A stretch of DNA of 63,947 bases, counting the filler, from Octopus bimaculoides (lineage: Eukaryota): assembly GCF_001194135.2 (NCBI RefSeq). It is 9 parts of 8 records of this genome, joined end to end, with 100 filler letters (N's around TTAATTAATTAA, not from the genome) between each part and the next. Parts side by side here need not be neighbours in the genome. Positions count along the whole stretch, not along the records: positions 33,658 to 51,421 come from NC_068991.1; positions 51,522 to 53,673 come from NC_068982.1; positions 53,774 to 55,488 come from NC_068986.1; positions 55,589 to 58,041 come from NC_068993.1; 5 more parts are not named here. The stretch is one strand, 5' to 3'. How positions within the stretch are numbered: position 1 is the stretch's first letter; each line of letters begins with the position of its first letter. A model generated the notes under the pieces. It saw nothing but the letters and a program-made list of their open reading frames with translations, searched no databases and was not told the origin of the DNA. The position numbers and the translations under genes were made by a program. Positions 49,201-58,041 of this stretch are shown here, piece after piece.

Positions 49201-51030
49201 AAGAAAGATCCAATTGAAATATGGAAAATGCAATAGAATAGCTATATCTTCGGCAACAAACACGATCATTTTGTTCCTGCTTTTCAATCATTTATTGCTG
49301 AGAATCTACATTTTACTACCTAACCAAAATAAAGACGTCCTTTAGGTCATAAATGACGGATACCCATCAGCTGAAACTGCAGACCTCCATGTTACAACCA
49401 AACATTCAAATATTTTCCTACAAAAAGCAGTCAGAACGGAGTCATTAAAATGTTAGCTTTAGAATTAACAAATCTTTTTTCCCTTTTTGAAGTTAACTAA
49501 GACACAGCAATGAGATTTTTTAAAACAAAATAATGTAGATTTTGAAGAATATCTAATTGATGTTTTTTTGAATGCGGCCTCATTAGATTACAACTAACTT
49601 AACGTGGCCTTCCAGCGTGAAAGTTTCCTCACCTCTGCCCTAGGCTTCGTAGCAAAAAGACAACAAATAAATGGCCAGTTAGACGCGACGTCCGGGGAGC
49701 ACATCTCGTAGGTGAAGACGCTGACTACATTTAAATACATGCAGGGGAAGTGGGGAATTCCAAATATAGATCTAGTGTCATTTGATAAATATTCAAAGAA
49801 TTGTTTCTTAGATTTTGCAATACATTCTTCCTTTTCGATAATTAGAGCAATGTCATTTATGTTACAGCTATTTTGTATTTATTTATTTTTCTAAAAGAAA
49901 ATTTTTAAGTTGAAAGAAGTATGTTAACATATTGAACAACTACTAAGTTATTGGTATTGAGTTCATATTTGCAAAATATTGTTTCAAAGGAAAGTAATTT
50001 TATGTGGCAATTCGCAATTCCATTCAATCTTTTTTTTTCAGGATATAAATGGACATAGTGACTACAGATGAAGAAAGGTATCTCTCATTTATTCAATGTC
50101 CTGAAACTGTTGAGAAGGATTTTATTTTTAAGATGCTGGACACTCGGAAATAGTTGACATTCTACCGATGCAATTCGTAGTTTTCGATCGTGAGCAACGA
50201 AGAGAACAAATGTTACCTGCCATATCTCCAGAATAAGTTTGTTGATTATACTTCACATAAATACTACAGACAATACCAAATGCATTTAATCACGCAATAC
50301 TGGAATCCTTTAACAGTTTCATTTTACCAACATTGTGAAACCATCATGTTGAAGATTGACATGACATTTAGAAGGAGGGTTTGAGTAAGCTAGTGTCCCA
50401 AGAGAACAACGAATTATGAAAACACAAATCATTGAAAAATTAACCATATATTAAATTCGATGTTGTAAGATCATTTATGACTTCCATTTTCTTTATATTG
50501 GTTTTGAAACATTACTGTCTGACTCAGAAAACCACCATTCCAATCCCAATATTTTTCTCCAAAACCGGGTTTATGATAATGTAAAGATTGTAAGACAATG
50601 ACAAACATAAGATTTTAAAGTTGCGGCTGTATTGTTATAATAAAACCTATATCACTGAAGAACCTGTAAAGACGGCAGCTTTATAATTTATATCACTGTC
50701 CACTATTGGCATCATATTCTTGTGTCTATTTTAAAATTCAAAGTGTGATATAAAATATAACTGGTCAATTTAATTTCGACTTAAACAATAGACATTTTGA
50801 TATTTAAAATGGTGATACAATATTTAATACATCTGGCTAAAAAAAATATCTTTTAGAATTACCTGGGGTTGTTGTGGAGGGACATATCTTTTCAGTACAC
50901 TTTACTTTTCCTTTGGACTTGCAACTGCACTTATTACATTTATCTCTAGCCATGAATGCCTGCCCAAATACGTATATATGTCCTTGGTAACGGCATACTA
51001 CGGCAATTTCATACTTTTTTGCTGTAGTTT
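34119..51030 (-). CDS. Multi-exon gene fragment encoding a tandem array of pacifastin-like / half-VWC six-cysteine modules (10 visible exons, probably 11); 5' and 3' ends not found
   Basis: Ten paralogous exons, each with a YAG acceptor (TTTCAG or TTTTAG) and GT donor, lengths 168/165/153 nt, all phase 1-1, no stops. Each encodes C-x18-C-N-x-C-x-C-x7-C-[TS]-x3-C. Splicing them in order gives one open frame. Family assignment is by motif recognition only. Confidence 0.88.
35194..35361 (-). CDS. Repeat exon R10: EPTIQVTGFSVKCYYNGQIYIFGQIFLAVDKCNNCSCQSNRKVECSEKKCPPSTTP
   Basis: TTTCAG acceptor, TCCAG|GTAATA donor, 168 nt; lies within track ORF 35153..35389. Confidence 0.9.
36612..36776 (-). CDS. 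Repeat exon R9: GATLKNDTSSKCKYNGQVYIAGQVFVAVDKCNQCSCKPKGEVDCTKKTCPSSVTP
   Basis: TTTCAG acceptor, TCCAG|GTAACA donor, 165 nt; overlaps track ORF 36544..36726. Confidence 0.9.
37480..38777 (-). mobile_element. Full-length but decayed mariner (Tc1/mariner, Mos1/SETMAR-like) DNA transposon inside an array intron
   Basis: About 1.3 kb with imperfect TIRs (cgagggtcggctggaaagttcata / tatgaacgtttcagcccaccgtca) and TA on both sides. Transposase remnants: RLLTPDQRRTR..RENLTL and VDYPPYSPNLAPSYHYLLPNMK (YSPDLAP and D34 region). Paralogous introns show the empty site cttcagaTAa(a/g)cat. Confidence 0.92.
39236..39438 (+). mobile_element. tRNA-derived SINE (second family: gagctggcagaat...tagaaaggattatt), copy 1
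   Basis: A/B-box-like head and ATT tail; flanked by the direct repeat attattacctggagt (39221-39235 and 39439-39453). Confidence 0.85.
39456..39675 (+). mobile_element. tRNA-derived SINE (same family), copy 2, abutting the R8 splice donor
   Basis: Collinear with copy 1; followed by attattacctacagctg (39676-39692), the R8 donor junction. Confidence 0.85.
39684..39836 (-). CDS. Repeat exon R8 (short linker): ETTTSSKCYYNGKMYILGQIFVAVDKCNQCSCKFKGKVECTERKCSSTTAV
   Basis: TTTCAG acceptor, TGTAG|GTAATA donor, 153 nt (15 nt shorter than 168, frame kept); lies within track ORF 39649..39867. Confidence 0.85.
40003..40170 (-). CDS. Repeat exon R7: ETTSKKDDTSSKCYYHAEIHLFGDIFLAVDKCNKCSCKSKGKVECTKKKCPPSTTP
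   Basis: TTTTAG acceptor, TCCAG|GTAAAA donor, 168 nt; lies within track ORF 39959..40222. Confidence 0.9.
40989..41201. mobile_element. Tc1/mariner-type MITE (213 bp) inside an array intron
   Basis: About 30-bp TIRs (cagggtggcccaaaagtaggtttatagtta / taactgtaaacctaattttgggccaacctg) with a TA duplication. The empty site (tattaTAcattaaattag) is seen in paralogous introns. Confidence 0.88.
41429..41596 (-). CDS. Repeat exon R6: ETTLKKIEIYFKCYYNGDVHVFGDVFIAVDKCNKCSCKSKGKVECTKKKCPPSTTP
   Basis: TTTTAG acceptor, TCCAG|GTAACA donor, 168 nt; lies within track ORF 41343..41747. Confidence 0.9.
42699..43105 (-). other. N gap expected to contain repeat exon R5
   Basis: The left flank (..caaacaacttttat) and right flank (tgatatatgaaaatttatcg..) match the flanks of exon R4. 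In the R4 unit these flanks enclose about 260 bp, including the 168-nt exon. Confidence 0.7.
44131..44298 (-). CDS. Repeat exon R4: ETTPKKIEIYFKCYYNGEIHLFGDVFIAVDDCNKCSCKSKGKVECTKKKCPPSTTP
   Basis: Translated by hand. TTTTAG acceptor, TCCAG|GTAACA donor, 168 nt. Confidence 0.9.
45407..45574 (-). CDS. Repeat exon R3: ETTIQTDDTSVECRYQQKVYMFGDIFIAVDKCNKCSCKSKGKVECTKKKCPPSTTP
   Basis: TTTCAG acceptor, TCCAG|GTACCA donor (weaker than its paralogs), 168 nt; 3' part lies in track ORF 45321..45515. Confidence 0.87.
47151..47318 (-). CDS. Repeat exon R2: ETTTQKNVTSEKCHYNGEIYILGQTFMAKDQCNQCGCMIKGKVECTLKKCTPITTP
   Basis: Translated by hand (absent from the ORF track). TTTCAG acceptor, TCCAG|GTAATC donor, 168 nt, six Cys. 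Confidence 0.9.
47490..49637 (+). mobile_element. Decayed hAT DNA transposon (Charlie/SPIN, GTF2IRD2-like transposase) inside an array intron
   Basis: TIRs caggagtgaggaat / tttcctcacctctg and an 8-bp TSD ttctaggc / ccctaggc. Frameshifted transposase fragments LICLLCDTAISTLEKFNAHQRY, KPFTDVEIVKECIVEVVGCL, ALDESTDT and YAAVIDLLIEDYNVRFTDFENH. Confidence 0.9.
50863..51030 (-). CDS. Repeat exon R1: ETTAKKYEIAVVCRYQGHIYVFGQAFMARDKCNKCSCKSKGKVKCTEKICPSTTTP
   Basis: TTTCAG acceptor, CCCAG|GTAATT donor, 168 nt, six Cys; lies within track ORF 50837..51085. Confidence 0.9.
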
Positions 51031-51521
51031 CTGAAAGAAAAGTTTTACACGAATCCAATATGAAGCTGAAGATGCTTCCTTTCACATAAAGGAAAAAAAC
51101 GGCGCGAGAATATCATATGTGAATTTTCCCGCGATAGACACGAAACATAGATACATAAAATAAAATGTTTAGCTTATTTCTGTGTCACTAAAGGCATCTA
51201 ACAGAAGAAGCAAACCATACCAATTATTGATGTGACTCATTGTCTAATGAGCGCTGGTAGTAAATAAAGAAACTGGGTATAATCTTATTTTGCATTAAAA
51301 TTCGTTCATAAGAAGTGGTATACTGCAGCTGATAGTGTAAGAAGCATCTTATATAATATCATTCTGCTTCTTCTTGCTGACCGCCTGTTTTGTCCGTGTT
51401 ACGTCAATGGATATATATATANNNNNNNNNNNNNNNNNNNNNNNNNNNNNNNNNNNNNNNNNNNNTTAATTAATTAANNNNNNNNNNNNNNNNNNNNNNN
51501 NNNNNNNNNNNNNNNNNNNNN

Positions 51522-51568
<47 letters not shown>

Positions 51569-51631
51569 TTATATGTATACGTATATATATATATATATAT
51601 ATGTACGTATATATATATGTATGTATATATA

Positions 51632-51872
51632 AACACTTATTTCACGTTGCTCCATTTCACTTAGCTGTAGAGGTGAGTTGCGATGTCACTGGTGTGGTGC
51701 TGTATTGGCCGTTGCTTTTCTCTTGGATAACATCTGTAGCGCGGAGAGGGGAAGCTGGTATGCGTGAGTGACTGCTGATCTTAAACAACCTTGCCTGGAC
51801 TTCTACTTCAGAGGGTAACTTTCTAGGTGCAATCCCATTGTTATTCATGACTGAAGTAGGTCACTCTCAACC
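51632..51872 (-). mobile_element. SINE fragment (another octopus-type family)
   Basis: The minus strand reads gggattgcacctagaaagttaccctc..ctaagtgaaatggagcaacgtgaaataa, recognised as a recurrent cephalopod SINE body. This explains track ORF 51657..51848. Confidence 0.6.
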
Positions 51873-51910
<38 letters not shown>

Positions 51911-52000
51911 NNNNNNNNNNNNNNNNNNNNNNNNNNNNNNNNNNNNNNNNNNNNNNNNNNNNNNNNNNNNNNNNNNNNNNNNNNNNNNNNNNNNNNNNNN

Positions 52001-52203
52001 TGTATATATTTGTGTCTGTGTTAGTCCTCTCACCATTGCTTGGCAACCAATGTTGATTGATGTCCCCATGACTTAGTAGTTCAGCAAAAGCGACAGATTG
52101 AATAAGTACTAGGCTCTTGAAGAATAAGTCCTGGTTTTGCTTTCTTCAACTAAAGGCAGTACTCCAGCACAGCTGCATTCAAATGACTGAAACAAATAAA
52201 AGA

Positions 52204-52205
<2 letters not shown>
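52001..52205 (+). mobile_element. Main SINE family, 3' half
   Basis: ccccatgacttagtagttcagcaaaag..gaataagtcctgg..aaatgactgaaacaaataaaagaata. Confidence 0.82.
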
Positions 52206-52262
<57 letters not shown>

Positions 52263-52299
52263 ATATGTGTGTGTTTTTTATATTTTATTAGTTTGAGGT

Positions 52300-53079
52300 C
52301 AGAGCTGCATTGATGCTGTGACACTGCCGTTTTGCTACAGTGTTATTATTGAGAGCCCCCTGTCATATGTGGCATTTGGTGAATAAGGGAGTTTGATGTC
52401 ACTACTTCATTTGCACCTTCTGTCACAAGGTATGTTTATCTGGGTTTCTCAACAGGAAGATATCCAGTTTCGATTTGAAAAAACCTATATCCACTTTGTG
52501 TAGGTCCCTCTGTCTCTTTGGGAGAATATTAAAAATCTGGGTGTAATCCCTTGTGGGCCGAGCACTGGTTGTGCAGGACTTGGAATTTTCCAGCATTAAA
52601 TTGCATATTAATTTGTCCTCAGCCTATCAGTAAATCGAGTCCATCTCATGTTGTAGGTGTGCAACATCACTGGGATTCTGTATTTTCTGCGAGGCTTTCG
52701 TATTGTCTGCGTAACTAGCAAGGGCAGCTGACGGCATATCTGAGACAGCTTCTATGAAAAGCAGTGGTCTCCAGACAGTGCCCTGTGGATCACCACTCAC
52801 TATTTGTGTTTTCTTTGAGGTGGCTCTATTGGTCACTGCTGCCTGACTTTTGTCTTTGAAAAAGTCATGAAACCACTCTCCAATTTTTGCAGCTATGCCA
52901 AGATCACGCAGTTTGTGGCACATCATACCATGATCCACATTATCAAAAGCTTTTGCAAAGTCAAGGTATATTACGTCCACATTTGAGTTGTTGCATATCT
53001 GCCTCAACACCCAGTCATAGTGCTGTAGGAGCTGGGTCAGGCAGCTCCTACCTGGTTGAAAGCCATGCTGGGTACCATT
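52300..53079 (-). mobile_element. CR1-like LINE reverse transcriptase fragment (decayed, 5' truncated)
   Basis: ORF 52627..53082: QHGFQPGRSCLTQLL, VDVIYLDFAKAFDNVDHG, SGDPQGTVWRPLLF, YADNTK (degenerate YADD). The left boundary is approximate. Confidence 0.85.
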
Positions 53080-53262
53080 CATCGTTTAACGTCTGCTTTC
53101 CATGCTGGCATGGGTTGGATGGTTTGACTGGGGACTGGCTAGCCAGGAGGCTGTACCAGACTCCAATCTCTTCTGGCAAGGTATCTACAGCTGGATGCCC
53201 TTCCTAATGCCAACCAATCTGAGAGTGTAGTGGGTGCATTTTTATGTGCCAGTGGCATGGGG
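53080..53262 (-). mobile_element. Third SINE family copy, joined to the CR1 fragment
   Basis: catcgtttaacgtctgctttccatgc..cagctggatgcccttcctaatgccaacc. Confidence 0.8.
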
Positions 53263-53506
53263 GCCTAACCTGAAATCAACATTTTGTCATCAGTTGTCTA
53301 AATAATGCCTAGAATCGCTATACACTGTTCCAATGGTCTCAGCTACCCAGTCTAGAATAAAAACTAGTTACTGCAATAGGTTGGAATCCAGAGGTTCACA
53401 GTCAGTAAAAGCACCTGAGAGATCTACAGTGTGAGGCCGAAATACGTATGTCTCTATACACACGTGTATTTGCATGTATATGCACATGCATGCATGTGTG
53501 TGTGTG

Positions 53507-53655
53507 TCATCATCATCATCATCATCGTTTAACGTCCGCTTTCCATGCTAGCATGGGTTGGACGATTTGACTGAGGACTGGTGAAACCGGATGGCAACAC
53601 CAGGCTCCAGTCTGATTTGGCAGAGTTTCTACAGCTGGATGCCCTTCCTAACGCC
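53507..53655 (-). mobile_element. Third SINE family copy
   Basis: (tca)n followed by gtttaacgtccgctttccatgctagc..cagctggatgcccttcctaacgcc. Confidence 0.8.
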
Positions 53656-53778
53656 GTGTGTATGTATATATATNNNNNNNNNNNNNNNNNNNNNNNNNNN
53701 NNNNNNNNNNNNNNNNNTTAATTAATTAANNNNNNNNNNNNNNNNNNNNNNNNNNNNNNNNNNNNNNNNNNNNATATA

Positions 53779-53810
<32 letters not shown>

Positions 53811-55238
53811 CACGTTTATATATATTTATTTACATGTATGCACGTATACACACAGACACTCATACACACATATGTACACGCACAGAAGCCAACCAGACAC
53901 ATACAGAGACACACACGTACATATTTACGTACACATATGTATAACAGTAGGGGAATTTATATATAAATGTTAATGTATAGATAATAGACAGATAGAATTT
54001 AGAAAAACAAAGACAAAACGCAAGATAAATACAGTGAGCATATATTAATGGAGACACGATTAAAAACATATATACATAAAAAATAGAAAGCGAAACAACA
54101 ACAGCAAAAGCAGTTGAAATCAAGGTTACGTAGATCATTAACCGTTTTTGAAGGGGATGAATAAGCGAAGCAGTTTTATTTCATTTTTATTCTTTAACCT
54201 ATATTTTATCTTAATGATAGCAAGGAAGAAAAGAAATCGGTGAAAAAAAAAAGAAAAAGAAAAATAAACGTTTTAGTCCATTGAATAAACAAACCCGGAT
54301 GGTATTCTTGTGGAATTTTTACAGACCAATTCAGAGCAATTGTTCTCAGTCGGGTATCGTCCTCACACGGTGCTGGATTAACCATTTAGCAAATTATGCA
54401 CGTACTTCGTTCATCAAAGGGAGGTGGGAGCACCGACGCAGAAATGGTAAATAGTTTACGGCACAAAAGAAATTCAAGTGGTTTATATGATCGGAAATAT
54501 AACTTCGAAGTTTTCATGGTGACATAGTGAGGATCTGATCAAAGACAATGCTATGAGGAAAAGAAGAAATCTAGATAAAGTGGAAGTCTACAAAAATAAA
54601 CATTTTTGCTCCCATAATACTGTCAGTTTTATTTCATTTTGAAAAATAAAATTTGTTTTATGCTTATTATTGTTTAAACGGAATCTGGACAAATTTCCCT
54701 AAGGGATAACAGATAAGCCACCTATACCTGGATACAACTCACTCAACAAGAACTCTCTACTCGAATGGGCGATGGTACCACAAAACTTGACTTTAAAAAA
54801 GGATTTAGCAAATCCTATCAGATGGTGTTATTAAGTAAGTCATGGCCTGGACCAATCTTCGGTCGAAACATATTTGAGTTATCTAAGTTATGGTTTATTA
54901 TTATTAATTTTATGGTTTATATTTGTTTATATTTTGAATTACGTATATACGGGGGCACCAAACTCTTTTAAGTGCTTAGGGCCTCTATAGCACTTAATCT
55001 GGTCCTGTTCACAGAGCACTGCCATTTTACACACAGTATTGTCACTGTTATTCTCTTGATTGATTTACATGGGGCATCAGCTATCTCTTTCAAAACTTTG
55101 AGGTTAATTTTCTTAATGCTAGGTCACCTGACTCCTAAAAGAGTAAAGGTTTGTCGATGAATATCAGTTATTGTTGTTGCATATGTAGTTGTTTTTGTTG
55201 TGTTTCTGAGCGACCTTTTATGAATTTGCGAACATATC

Positions 55239-55432
55239 GACGCAGGCATGGCTGTGTGGTAAGAAGCTTGCTTCTCAACCACATGGTTTTGTATTCGGTT
55301 CCACTGCGAAGCACCTTGGGTCAGTGTCTTCTACTACAGCTTCTAGCTGACCAAAGCCTTATGAATGGATTTGGTTGAAATGACAGTGCCCCAGCATTGA
55401 CGCAGTCTAATGACGGAAACACAAAATAAATA
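55239..55432 (+). mobile_element. Main SINE family, internally deleted
   Basis: Head gcaggcatggctgtgtggtaagaagcttgc joined to tail ccccagcattgacgcagtctaatgacggaaac. Confidence 0.8.
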
Positions 55433-55588
55433 AAAAAGGATGCGTGCAATTATATATATGCTTATGCATATATATATATATATATATANNNNNNNNNNNN
55501 NNNNNNNNNNNNNNNNNNNNNNNNNNNNNNNNTTAATTAATTAANNNNNNNNNNNNNNNNNNNNNNNNNNNNNNNNNNNNNNNNNNNN

Positions 55589-55654
<66 letters not shown>

Positions 55655-55966
55655 CACATAAATATACATAAATATGTTTGTATGTGTGTGCGCGTACACA
55701 CACACCCACACACACACACATGTATATACTCACACACATGATCATACATACACAGACCTATGGATGCATGCATTCTTCATCTCTGACCTTAAACCCTACC
55801 TCCTCATTCCTGGTGCCTTTGGCTATTCAAGCATCGATGCATGGAAGCAATGGCTACACTTCATGTGATTTCACATTTATGTCTATCAACCATTCTATCA
55901 ATAAATATATACACACACATACTCACACACATACTCACACACATATATGTAAACACACATTATACC

Positions 55967-56000
<34 letters not shown>

Positions 56001-56016
56001 AGTCTGTCTGTCTGTA

Positions 56017-56061
<45 letters not shown>

Positions 56062-57774
56062 NNNNNNNNNNNNNNNNNNNNNNNNNNNNNNNNNNNNNNN
56101 NNNNNNNNNNNNNNNNNNNNNNNNNNNNNNNNNNNNNNNNNNNNNNNNNNNNNNNNNNNNNNNNNNNNNNNNNNNNNNNNNNNNNNNNNNNNNNNNNNNN
56201 NNNNNNNNNNNNNNNNNNNNNNNNNNNNNNNNNNNNNNNNNNNNNNNNNNNNNNNNNNNNNNNNNNNNNNNNNNNNNNNNNNNNNNNNNNNNNNNNNNNN
56301 NNNNNNNNNNNNNNNNNNNNNNNNNNNNNNNNNNNNNNNNNNNNNNNNNNNNNNNNNNNNNNNNNNNNNNNNNNNNNNNNNNNNNNNNNNNNNNNNNNNN
56401 NNNNNNNNNNNNNNNNNNNNNNNNNNNNNNNNNNNNNNNNNNNNNNNNNNNNNNNNNNNNNNNNNNNNNNNNNNNNNNNNNNNNNNNNNNNNNNNNNNNN
56501 NNNNNNNNNNNNNNNNNNNNNNNNNNNNNNNNNNNNNNNNNNNNNNNNNNNNNNNNNNNNNNNNNNNNNNNNNNNNNNNNNNNNNNNNNNNNNNNNNNNN
56601 NNNNNNNNNNNNNNNNNNNNNNNNNNNNNNNNNNNNNNNNNNNNNNNNNNNNNNNNNNNNNNNNNNNNNNNNNNNNNNNNNNNNNNNNNNNNNNNNNNNN
56701 NNNNNNNNNNNNNNNNNNNNNNNNNNNNNNNNNNNNNNNNNNNNNNNNNNNNNNNNNNNNNNNNNNNNNNNNNNNNNNNNNNNNNNNNNNNNNNNNNNNN
56801 NNNNNNNNNNNNNNNNNNNNNNNNNNNNNNNNNNNNNNNNNNNNTATATATGTATTTATATATATACATAAATATATATATATATATATAAATATATATA
56901 TATATAATTAACAAATCCTAATCGTTTAGTTATAGCTATTACGTATGTACGTGTGTGTTTATTGATTGTTTCATTCAGTGCCGTTAAAACCGTGAGATGT
57001 TTGCTATTGTTATGGAGATTGGCCGATAGATGTTCGTTTACACAAAGAGAACTTTCCGGGCGAAAATATATCGCAACCATTTTGCTTAGCAGACAATGAG
57101 GCGTCTAACGTTCTCAGGCACGGAAATTGCATTACAATGTGGATGAGAGAACTACTGTGTGCGTAGTATGTGTTTATCTTTGTGTATGTGTGCGTGCGTG
57201 CGCGTGTATTTTAAACACTTTCGTTTGATTTTATTACATTATTGCAGATGATAATATGGATTTCAGAATAAAACTGCTGGATGTTCAATTATATTATTGT
57301 ATTCGTTGCAGAGGTGCAGCAAATATTGTTTAGTTTTATGAACAGCTATGACTTTTCTAATAATTATTTCTGTTTAAGTGTCATAACACGGTTGATTAAA
57401 CAATTGGCAAAAAACAACAAAGCTTCATAAACGCCACTCATTTGAACGCTGTTTGCTTAAAGATAATAAATGCTAAAATGAGATATTGTTTAGAAGATTA
57501 TAATTTTGCTTATCTTTTTAACCTAATTAACTCTTGTGTATTATTTACAATATTTATGTCTACATCACATATTAATAGGTTTCACTTTTGATGGCCAGTA
57601 ACTATCGTATTTCGCTATATATCTGTTGCATGATTTGGTGGATAAGGGTATTACGCCCATTAAAATTAATTGAAACAAGAGTTTAGGAGTTCAAGTCAAG
57701 TAATATATATATATGATGTTGCATGGGTAGAATTAACATTTTATGAGTGGAAGTTCATATATATATATACTATT

Positions 57775-57985
57775 TACTCTTTTACTTGTTTCAGTCATTT
57801 GATTGCGGCCATGCTGGTGCACAGCCTTTAGTCTAGAACATCGACCCCAGGACTTATTCTTTGCAAGCCTAGTACTTCTTCTATCGCGCTCTTTTGTCGA
57901 ACCGCTAAGTTACGGGTACGTAAACACACCAGCATCGGTTGTCAAGTGATGTTGGCGTGACAAACACAGACATGCAAACATATAC
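57775..57985 (-). mobile_element. Main SINE family, 3' half, reverse orientation
   Basis: Collinear with 33684-33900. Confidence 0.85.
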
Positions 57986-57999
57986 ACACACATACATAA

Positions 58000-58041
<42 letters not shown>

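Larger units (their letters stand above)
34035..51060. repeat. Tandem array of exon+intron units (ancestral period roughly 1.1-1.5 kb; about 1.28 kb and near-identical in 41200-45500)
   Basis: Intronic landmarks recur once per unit, e.g. aaatttatcgatgaaagatgat, gacaaagtgctgactatgcattgaaatac, gaagttgtaagatcactgatg. The motif atcgtatatcccattcgtta recurs at about 41327, 42603, 44027 and 45305. Confidence 0.92.

Noticed and set aside
34119-51030. CRISPR-like or prokaryotic repeat-spacer interpretation of the periodic array
   Set aside because: The period is over 1 kb, the repeats are spliceosomal exons plus introns, and there are no cas genes; the context is eukaryotic.
51657-51848. Ser/Thr-rich minus-strand ORF as an upstream exon of the array gene
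   Set aside because: The sequence is recognisable as a SINE body and has no convincing phase-1 donor.
53860-54138. Hydrophobic ORF MIYVTLISTAFAVVVSLSIF as the signal-peptide exon
   Set aside because: No phase-1 GT donor follows it, and the hydrophobicity is explained by T-rich low-complexity DNA. It cannot be fully excluded.
54324-54446. Plus-strand AG..GT-bounded segment open in one frame (PIQSNCSQSGIVLTRCW..)
   Set aside because: There are no partner exons or recognisable motif, and such segments occur by chance at this scale.
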